Below are positions 1 to 13,300 of a DNA stretch of 64,000 bases, piece by piece. This DNA comes from Eledone cirrhosa (Eukaryota), in NCBI GenBank assembly GCA_964016885.1, contig OZ024744.1:47864001-47928000 (forward strand), read 5' to 3'. Below the pieces are notes generated by a model. The model had not been told where the DNA came from, searched no databases, and saw nothing but the letters and a program-made list of their open reading frames with translations. Each line of letters begins with the position of its first letter. Position 1 is the first letter of the stretch. A program made the translations under genes and the position numbers.

Positions 1-3000
1 AACACCAACCACATCACATTAGACTATCAAGACCAGAACACCAACCACATTAGACTATCAAGAACAGAACACCAACCACATTAGACTATCAAGAAAAGAA
101 CACCAACCACATTAGACTATCAAGACCAGAACACCAACCACATCACATTAGACTATCAAGACCAGAACACTAACCACATTAGACTATCAAGACCAGAACA
201 CTAACAACATCACATAGTCTATCAAGACCAGAACACCAACAACATCACAATAGACTATAAAGACCAGAACACCAACAACATCACATTAGACTATCAAGAC
301 CAGAACACCACCCACATCACATTAGACTATCAAAACCAGAACACCAAACACATCACATAAGACTATCAAGACCAGAACACCAACCACATTAGACTACCAT
401 GACCAGAACAACAACCACATCACATTAGACTATTAAGACCAGAACACCAACCACATCACATTAGACTATCAAGACCAGAACACCAACCACATTAGACTAT
501 CAAGACCAGAACTCCAACCACATCACATTAGACTATCAAGACCAGAACACCAACCACATTAGACTATCAAGACCAGAACACCAACCACATCACATTAGAC
601 TATCAAGACCAGAACACCAACCACATCACATTAGACTATCAAGACCAGAACACCAACCACATCACATTAGACTATCAAGACCATAACACCAACCACATTA
701 GACTATCAAGACCATAACACCAACCACATTAGACTATCAAGACCAGAACACCAACCACATTAGACTATCAAGACCAGAACACCAACCACATTAGACTATC
801 AAGACCAGAACACCAATCACATCACATAAGACTATCAAGACCAGAACATAAACCACATCACATTAGACTATCAAGACCAGAACACCAACCACATCACATT
901 AGACTATCAAGACCAGAACACCAACCACATCACATTAGACCATCAAGACCAGAACACCAACCACATCACATTAGACTATCAAGACCAGAACACCAACCAC
1001 ATCACATTAGACTATCAAGACCAGAACACCAACCACATTAGACTATCAAGACCAGAACACCAACCACATTAGACTATCAAGACCAGAACACCAACCACAT
1101 TAGACTATCAAGACCAGAACACCAACCACATCACATAAGACTATCAAGACCAGAACATAAACCACATCACATTAGACTATCAAGACCAGAACACCAACCA
1201 CATCACATTAGACTATCAAGACCAGAACACCAACCACATCACATTAGACTATCAAGACCAGAACACTAACCACATTAGACTATCAAGACCAGAACACCAA
1301 CCACATTAGACTATCAAGACCAGAACACCAACCACATTAGACTATCAAGACCAGAACACCAACCACATTAGACTATCAAGACCAGAACTCCAACCACATT
1401 AGACTATCAAGACCAGAACACCAACCACATCACATTAGACTATCAAGACCAGAACACCAACAATATCATTTTAGACTATCAAGACCAGAACACCAACCAC
1501 ATTAGACTATCAAGACCAGAACACCAACAACATTAGACTATCAAGACCAGAACACCAACCACATCACATTAGACTATCAAGACCAGAACACCAACCACGT
1601 TAGACTATCAAGACCAGAACACCAACCACATCACATTTGACTATCAAGACCAGAACACCAACCACATCACATTAGACTATCAAGACCAGAACACAAACCA
1701 CATCACATTAGACTATCAAGACCAGAACACCAACCACATCACATTAGACTATCAAGACCAGAACACCAACCACATTAGACTATCAAGACCAGAACTCCAA
1801 CCACATTAGACTATCAAGAGAAGAACACCAACCACATCACATTAGACTATCAAGACCAGAACTCCAACCACATTAGACTATCAAGACCAGAACACCAACA
1901 ACATTAGACTATCAACACCAGAACACCAACCACATTAGACTATCAAGACCAGAACTCCAACCACATTAGACTATCAAGACCAGAACACCAACCACATTAG
2001 ACTATCAAGACCAGAACACCAACCACATCACATTTGACTATCAAGACCAGAACACCAACCACATCACATTAGACTATCAAGACCAGAAAACCAACCACAT
2101 CACATTAGACTATCAAGACCAGAACACCAACCACATCACATTAGACTATCAAGACCAGAACACCAACCACATTAGACTATCAAGACCAGAACACCAACCA
2201 CATCACATTAGACTATCAAGACAGAACACCAACCACATTATACTATCAAGACCAGAACACCAACCACATTAGACTATCAAGACCAGAACACCAACCACAT
2301 CACATTAGACTATCAAGACCAGAACACCAACCACATTAGACTATCAAGACCAGAACACCAACCACATTAGACTATCAAGACCAGAACACCAACCACATTA
2401 GACTATCAAGACCAGAACACCAACCACATCACATTAGACTATCAAGACCAGAACACCAACCACATTAGACTATCAAGACCAGAACACCAACCACATTAGA
2501 CTATCAAGACCAGAACACCAACCACATTAGACTATCAAGATCAGAACACCAACCACATCACATTAGACTATCAAGACCAGAACACCAAACACATTAGACT
2601 ATCAAGACCAGAACACCAACCACATTAGACTATCAAGACCAGAACACCAACCACATTAGACTATCAAGACCATAACACCAACCACATCACATCAGACTAT
2701 CAAGAGCAGAACACCAACCACATTAGACTATCAAGACCAGAACACCAACCACATTAGACAATCAAGAACAGAACTCCAACCACATTACAATATCAAGACC
2801 AGAACACCAACCACATCACATTAGACTATCAAGACCAGAACACCAACCACATCACATTAGACTATCAAGACCAGAACACCAACCACATTAGACTATCATG
2901 ACCAGAACACCAACCACATTAGACTATCAAGACCATAACACCAACCACATCACATCAGACTATCAAGAGCAGAACACCAACCACATTAGACTATCAAGAC

Positions 3001-6000
3001 CAGAACACCAACCACATTAGACTATCAAGACCATAACACCAACCACATTAGACTATCAAGACCAGAACACCAACCACATTAGACTATCAAGACCAGAACA
3101 CCAACCACATTAGACTATCAAGACCAGAACACCAACCACATTAGACTATCAAGACCAGAACACCAACCACATTAGACTATCAAGACCAGAACACCAACCA
3201 CATCACATAAGACTATCAAGACCAGAACATAAACCACATCACATTAGACTATCAAGACCAGAACACCAACCACATCACATTAGACTATCAAGACCAGAAC
3301 ACCAACCACATCACATTAGACTATCAAGACCTGAACACCAACCACATCACATTAGACTATCAAGACCAGAACACCAACAACATCACATTAGACTATCAAG
3401 ACCAGAACACCAACCACATTAGACTATCAAGAACAGAACACCAACAACATTAGACTATCAAGACCATAACACCAACCACATTAGACTATCAAGAACAGAA
3501 CACCAACCACATTAGACTATCAAGACCAGAACACCAACAACAATAGACTATCAAGACCAGAACACCAACCACATTAGACTATCAAGAACAGAACACCAAC
3601 CACATTAGACTATCATGACCAGAACACCAACCACATTAGACTATCAAGACCATAACACCAACCACATCACATCAGACTATCAAGAGCAGAACACCAACCA
3701 CATTAGACTATCAAGACCAGAACACCAACCACATTAGACTATCAAGACCAGAACACCAACCACATTAGACTATCAAGACCAGAACACCAACCACATTAGA
3801 CTATCAAGACCAGAACACCAACCACATTAGACTATCAAGACCAGAACACCAACCACATTAGACTATCAAGACCAGAACACCAACCACATTAGACTATCAA
3901 GACCAGAACACCAACCACATTAGACTATCAAGACCAGAACACCAACCACATCACATAAGACTATCAAGACCAGAACATAAACCACATCACATTAGACTAT
4001 CAAGACCAGAACACCAACCACATCACATTAGACTATCAAGACCAGAACACCAACCACATCACATTAGACTATCAAGACCTGAACACCAACCACATCACAT
4101 TAGACTATCAAGACCAGAACACCAACAACATCACATTAGACTATCAAGACCAGAACACCAACCACATTAGACTATCAAGAACAGAACACCAACAACATTA
4201 GACTATCAAGACCATAACACCAACCACATTAGACTATCAAGACCAGAACACCAACCACATTAGACTATCAAGAACATAACACCAACAACATTAGACTATC
4301 AAGAACATAACACCAACCACATTAGACTATCAAGAACAGAACACCAACCACATTAGACTATCAAGAACAGAATACCAACCACATTAGACTATCAAGACCA
4401 GAACACCAACAACATCACATTAGCCTATCAAGAACAGAACACCAACCACATTAGACTATCAAGACCAGAACACCAACCACATTAGACTATCAAGACCAGA
4501 ACACCAACCACATCACATTAGACTATCAAGACCAGAACACCAACCACATTAGACTATCAAGACTAGAACACCAACCACATCACATTAGAATATCAAGACC
4601 AGAACACCAATCACATCACATTAGACTATCAAGACCTGAACACCAACCACATCACATTAGACTATCAACACCAGAACACCAACAACATCACATTAGACTA
4701 TCAAGACCAGAACACCAACCACATTAGACTATCAAGAACATAACACCAGCAACATTAGACTATCAATACCATAACACCAACCACATTAGACTATCAAGAA
4801 CAGAACACCAACCACATTAGACTATCAAGACCAGAACACCAACAACAATAGACTATCAAGACCAGAACACCAACCACATTAGACTATCAAGAACAGAACA
4901 CCAACCATATTAGACTATCAAGACCAGAACACCAACCACATTAGACTATCAAGAACAGAACACCAACCATATTAGACTATCAAGACCAGAACACCAACCA
5001 CATTAGACTATCAAGAACAGAACACCAACCACATTAGACTATCAAGAACAGAACACCAACCACATTAGACTATCAAGACCAGAACACCAACCACATCACA
5101 TTAGCCTATCAAGAACAGAACACCAACCACATTAGACTATCAAGACCAGAACACCAACCACATTAGACTATCAAGAACAGAACACAAACAACATTAGACT
5201 ATCAAGACCAGAACACCAACCACATTAGACTATCAAGACCAGAACACCAAACACATTACACTATCAAGAACAGAACACCAACCACATTAGACTATCAAGA
5301 ACAGAACACCAACCACATTAGACTATCAAGAACAGAACACCAACCACATTAGACTATCAAGAACAGAACACCAACCACATTAGACTATCAAGAACAGAAC
5401 ACCAACCACATTAGACTATCAAGAACAGAACACAAACCACATTAGACTATCAAGACCAGAACATTAACAGCATCACATAGTCTATCAAGACCAGAACAGC
5501 AACAACATCACATTAGACTATCAAGACCAGAACACCACCCACATCACATTAGACTATCAAGACCAGAACACCAAACACATCACATTAGACTATCAAGACC
5601 AGAACACCAACCACATTAGACTACCAAGACCAGAACACCAACCACATCACATTGGACTATTAAGACCAGAACACCAACCACATTAGACTATCAAGACCAG
5701 AACTCCAACCACATTAGACTATCAAGACCAGAACACCAACCACATCACATTAGACTATCAAAACCATAACACCAACCACATTAGACTATCAAGACCATAA
5801 CACCAACCACATTAGACTATCAAGACCAGAACAACAACTAGATCACATTAGACTATCAAGACCAGAACATCAACAATATCATTTTAGACTATCAAGACCA
5901 GAACACCAACAACATAACATTAGACTATCAAGACCAGAACACCAACCACATCACATTAGACTATCAAGACCGGAACACCAACCACATCACATTAGACTAT

Positions 6001-9000
6001 CAAGACCAGAACACCAACCACATTAGACTATCAAGACCAGAACACCAACCACATTAGACTATCAAGACCAGAACACCAACCACATCACATTAGACTATCA
6101 AGACCAGAACACCAACCACATTAGATTTCAAGACCAGAACACCAACCACATTATACTATCAAGACCAGAACACCAACCACATTAGACTATCAAGACCAGA
6201 ACACCAACCACATCACATTAGACTATCAAGAACAGAACACCAACCACATCACATTAGACTATCAAGACCAGTACACCAACCACATCACATTAGACTATCA
6301 AGACCAGAACACCAACCACATCACATTAGACTATCAAGACGTGAACACCAACCACATTAGACTATCAAGACCAGAACACCAACAACATTAGACTATCAAG
6401 ACCAGAACACCAACCACATTAGACTATCAAGACCAGAACACCAACCACATCACATTAGACTATCAAGACCAGAACACCAACAACATCACATTAGACTACC
6501 AAGACCATAACACCAACCATATTAAACTATCAAGACCAGAACACCAACCACATCACATTAGACTATCAAGACCAGAACACCAACCACATTAGACTATCAA
6601 GACCAGAACACCAATCACATTAGACTATCAAGACCAGAACACCAACCACATCACATTAGAATATCAAGACCAGAACACCAACCACATTAGACTATCAAGA
6701 CCAGAACACCAACCACATCACATTAGACTATCAAGACCAGAACACCAACCACATTAGACTATCAAGAACAGAACACCAACCACATTAGACTATCAAGAAA
6801 AGAACACCAACCACATTAGACTATCAAGACCAGAACACCAACCACATCACATTAGACTATCAAGACCAGAACACTAACCACATTAGACTATCAAGACCAG
6901 AACACTAACAACATCACATAGTCTATCAAGACCAGAACACCAACAACATCACAATAGACTATAAAGACCAGAACACCAACAACATCACATTAGACTATCA
7001 AGACCAGAACACCACCCACATCACATTAGACTATCAAAACCAGAACACCAAACACATCACATAAGACTATCAAGACCAGAACACCAACCACATTAGACTA
7101 CCATGACCAGAACAACAACCACATCACATTAGACTATTAAGACCAGAACACCAACCACATCACATTAGACTATCAAGACCAGAACACCAACCACATTAGA
7201 CTATCAAGACCAGAACTCCAACCACATCACATTAGACTATCAAGACCAGAACACCAACCACATTAGACTATCAAGACCAGAACACCAACCACATCACATT
7301 AGACTATCAAGACCAGAACACCAACCACATCACATTAGACTATCAAGACCAGAACACCAACCACATCACATTAGACTATCAAGACCATAACACCAACCAC
7401 ATTAGACTATCAAGACCATAACACCAACCACATTAGACTATCAAGACCAGAACACCAACCACATTAGACTATCAAGACCAGAACACCAACCACATTAGAC
7501 TATCAAGACCAGAACACCAATCACATCACATAAGACTATCAAGACCAGAACATAAACCACATCACATTAGACTATCAAGACCAGAACACCAACCACATCA
7601 CATTAGACTATCAAGACCAGAACACCAACCACATCACATTAGACCATCAAGACCAGAACACCAACCACATCACATTAGACTATCAAGACCAGAACACCAA
7701 CCACATCACATTAGACTATCAAGACCAGAACACCAACCACATTAGACTATCAAGACCAGAACACCAACCACATTAGACTATCAAGACCAGAACACCAACC
7801 ACATTAGACTATCAAGACCAGAACACCAACCACATCACATAAGACTATCAAGACCAGAACATAAACCACATCACATTAGACTATCAAGACCAGAACACCA
7901 ACCACATCACATTAGACTATCAAGACCAGAACACCAACCACATCACATTAGACTATCAAGACCAGAACACTAACCACATTAGACTATCAAGACCAGAACA
8001 CCAACCACATTAGACTATCAAGACCAGAACACCAACCACATTAGACTATCAAGACCAGAACACCAACCACATTAGACTATCAAGACCAGAACTCCAACCA
8101 CATTAGACTATCAAGACCAGAACACCAACCACATCACATTAGACTATCAAGACCAGAACACCAACAATATCATTTTAGACTATCAAGACCAGAACACCAA
8201 CCACATTAGACTATCAAGACCAGAACACCAACAACATTAGACTATCAAGACCAGAACACCAACCACATCACATTAGACTATCAAGACCAGAACACCAACC
8301 ACGTTAGACTATCAAGACCAGAACACCAACCACATCACATTTGACTATCAAGACCAGAACACCAACCACATCACATTAGACTATCAAGACCAGAACACAA
8401 ACCACATCACATTAGACTATCAAGACCAGAACACCAACCACATCACATTAGACTATCAAGACCAGAACACCAACCACATTAGACTATCAAGACCAGAACT
8501 CCAACCACATTAGACTATCAAGAGAAGAACACCAACCACATCACATTAGACTATCAAGACCAGAACTCCAACCACATTAGACTATCAAGACCAGAACACC
8601 AACAACATTAGACTATCAACACCAGAACACCAACCACATTAGACTATCAAGACCAGAACTCCAACCACATTAGACTATCAAGACCAGAACACCAACCACA
8701 TTAGACTATCAAGACCAGAACACCAACCACATCACATTTGACTATCAAGACCAGAACACCAACCACATCACATTAGACTATCAAGACCAGAAAACCAACC
8801 ACATCACATTAGACTATCAAGACCAGAACACCAACCACATCACATTAGACTATCAAGACCAGAACACCAACCACATTAGACTATCAAGACCAGAACACCA
8901 ACCACATCACATTAGACTATCAAGACAGAACACCAACCACATTATACTATCAAGACCAGAACACCAACCACATTAGACTATCAAGACCAGAACACCAACC

Positions 9001-10319
9001 ACATCACATTAGACTATCAAGACCAGAACACCAACCACATTAGACTATCAAGACCAGAACACCAACCACATTAGACTATCAAGACCAGAACACCAACCAC
9101 ATTAGACTATCAAGACCAGAACACCAACCACATCACATTAGACTATCAAGACCAGAACACCAACCACATTAGACTATCAAGACCAGAACACCAACCACAT
9201 TAGACTATCAAGACCAGAACACCAACCACATTAGACTATCAAGATCAGAACACCAACCACATCACATTAGACTATCAAGACCAGAACACCAAACACATTA
9301 GACTATCAAGACCAGAACACCAACCACATTAGACTATCAAGACCAGAACACCAACCACATTAGACTATCAAGACCATAACACCAACCACATCACATCAGA
9401 CTATCAAGAGCAGAACACCAACCACATTAGACTATCAAGACCAGAACACCAACCACATTAGACAATCAAGAACAGAACTCCAACCACATTACAATATCAA
9501 GACCAGAACACCAACCACATCACATTAGACTATCAAGACCAGAACACCAACCACATCACATTAGACTATCAAGACCAGAACACCAACCACATTAGACTAT
9601 CATGACCAGAACACCAACCACATTAGACTATCAAGACCATAACACCAACCACATCACATCAGACTATCAAGAGCAGAACACCAACCACATTAGACTATCA
9701 AGACCAGAACACCAACCACATTAGACTATCAAGACCATAACACCAACCACATTAGACTATCAAGACCAGAACACCAACCACATTAGACTATCAAGACCAG
9801 AACACCAACCACATTAGACTATCAAGACCAGAACACCAACCACATTAGACTATCAAGACCAGAACACCAACCACATTAGACTATCAAGACCAGAACACCA
9901 ACCACATCACATAAGACTATCAAGACCAGAACATAAACCACATCACATTAGACTATCAAGACCAGAACACCAACCACATCACATTAGACTATCAAGACCA
10001 GAACACCAACCACATCACATTAGACTATCAAGACCTGAACACCAACCACATCACATTAGACTATCAAGACCAGAACACCAACAACATCACATTAGACTAT
10101 CAAGACCAGAACACCAACCACATTAGACTATCAAGAACAGAACACCAACAACATTAGACTATCAAGACCATAACACCAACCACATTAGACTATCAAGAAC
10201 AGAACACCAACCACATTAGACTATCAAGACCAGAACACCAACAACAATAGACTATCAAGACCAGAACACCAACCACATTAGACTATCAAGAACAGAACAC
10301 CAACCACATTAGACTATCA
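1..10319. repeat. Higher-order block duplication: 1-~3615 recurs at ~6705-10319 (offset 6,704 bp)
   Basis: Diagnostic variants sit at a constant offset: AAGAAAAGAA 91/6795, AAGAGAAGAA 1816/8520, 1-bp deletion AAGACAGAA 2218/8922. The match ends at 3616 (TATCATG versus TATCAAG). Confidence 0.9.
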
Positions 10320-13300
10320 AGACAAGAACACCAACCACATTAGACTATCAAGAACAGAACACCAACCACATTAGACTATCAAGACCAGAACACCAACCAC
10401 ATCACATTAGCCTATCAAGAACAGAACACCAACCACATTAGACTATCAAGACCAGAACACCAACCACATTATACTATCAAAACCAGAACACCAACCACAT
10501 CACATTAGACTATCAAGACCAGAACACCAACCACATTAGACTATCAAGACCAGAACACCAACCACATCACATTAGAATATCCAGACCAGAACACCAACCA
10601 TATCACATTAGACTATCAAGACCTGAACACCAACAACATCACATTAGACTATCAAGACCAGAACACCAACAACATCACATTAGACTATCAAGACCAGAAC
10701 ACCAACCACATTAGACTATCAAGAACATAACACCAACAACATTAGACTATCAAGAACATAACACCAACCACATTAGACTATCAAGAACAGAACACCAACC
10801 ACATTAGACTATCAAGAACAGAATACCAACCACATTAGACTATCAAGACCAGAACACCAACAACATCACATTAGCCTATCAAGAACAGAACACCAACCAC
10901 ATTAGACTATCAAGACCAGAACACCAACCACATTAGACTATCAAGACCAGAACACCAACCACATCACATTAGACTATCAAGACCAGAACACCAACCACAT
11001 TAGACTATCAAGACAAGAACACCAACCACATCACATTAGAATATCAAGACCAGAACACCAATCACATCACATTAGACTATCAAGACCTGAACACCAACCA
11101 CATCACATTAGACTATCAACACCAGAACACCAACAACATCACATTAGACTATCAAGACCAGAACACCAACCACATTAGACTATCAAGAACATAACACCAG
11201 CAACATTAGACTATCAATACCATAACACCAACCACATTAGACTATCAAGAACAGAACACCAACCACATTAGACTATCAAGACCAGAACACCAACAACAAT
11301 AGACTATCAAGACCAGAACACCAACCACATTAGACTATCAAGAACAGAACACCAACCATATTAGACTATCAAGACCAGAACACCAACCACATTAGACTAT
11401 CAAGAACAGAACACCAACCACATTAGACTATCAAGACCAGAACAACAACCACATTAGACTATCAAGACCAGAACACCAACCACATCACATTAGACTATCA
11501 AGACCAGAACACCAACCACATTAGACTATCAAGACCAGAACACCAACCACATCACATTAGACTATCAAGACCAGAACACCAACCACATCACATTAGACTA
11601 TCAAGACCTGAACACCAACCACATCACATTAGACTATCAAGACCAGAACACCAACAACATCACATTAGACTATCAAGACCAGAACACCAACCACATTAGA
11701 CTATCAAGAACAGAACACCAACAACATTAGACTATCAAGACCATAACACCAACCACATTAGACTATCAAGAACAGAACACCAACCACATTAGACTATCAA
11801 GACCAGAACACCAACAACAATAGACTATCAAGACCAGAACACCAACCACATTAGACTATCAAGAACAGAACACCAACCACATTAGACTATCAAGACCAGA
11901 CCACCAACCACATTAGACTATCAAGAACAGAATACCAACCACATTAGACTATCAAGAACAGAACACCAACCACATTAGACTATCAAGACCAGAACACCAA
12001 CCACATCACATTAGCCTATCAAGAATAGAACACCAACCACATTAGACTATCAAGACCAGAACACCAACCACATTAGACTATCAAAACCAGAACACCAACC
12101 ACATCACATTAGACTATCAAGACCAGAACACCACCCACATTAGACTATCAAGACCAGAACACCAACCACATCACATTAGAATATCAAGACCAGAACACCA
12201 ACCATATCACATTAGACTATCAAGACCTGAACACCAACCACATCACATTAGACTATCAAGACCAGAACACCAACAACATCACATTAGACTATCAAGACCA
12301 GAACACAAACCACATTAGACTATCAAGAACATAACACCAACAACATTAGACTATCAAGACCATAACACCCACCACATTAGACTATCAAGAACAGAATACC
12401 AACCACATTAGACTATCAAGACCAGAACACCAACAACAATAGACTATCAAGACCAGAACACCAACCACATTAGACTATCAAGAACAGAACACCAACCACA
12501 TTAGACTATCAAGACCAGAACACCAACCACATTAGACTATCAAGAACAGAACACCAACCACACTAGACTATCAAGAACAGAACACCAACCACATTAGTCT
12601 ATCAAGACCAGAACACCAACCACATCACATTAGCCTATCAAGAACAGAACACCAACCACATTAGACTATCAAGACCAGAACACCAACCACATTAGACTAT
12701 CAAGACAAGAACACCAACCACATCACATTAGACTATCAAGACCAGAACACCAACCACATCAGATTAGACTATCCTGACCAGAACACCAACCACATTAGAC
12801 TATCAAGAACAGAACTCCAACCACATTACACTATCAAGACCAGAACTCCAACCACATCACATTAGACTATCAAGACCAGAACACCAACCACATCACATTA
12901 GACTATCAAGACCAGAACACCAACCACATTAGACTATCATGACCAGAACACCAACCACATTAGACTATCAAGACCATAACACCAACCACATCACATCAGA
13001 CTATCAAGAGCAGAACACCAACCACATTAGACTATCAAGACCAGAACACCAACCACATTAGACTATCAAGACCAGAACACCAACCACATTAGACTATCAA
13101 GACCAGAACACCAACCACATTAGACTATCAAGACCAGAACACCAACCACATTAGACTATCAAGACCAGAACACCAACCACATCACATTAGACTATCAAGA
13201 CCAGAACACCAACCACATTAGACTATCATGACCAGAACACCAACCACATTAGACTATCAAGACCATAACACCAACCACATCACATCAGACTATCAAGAGC

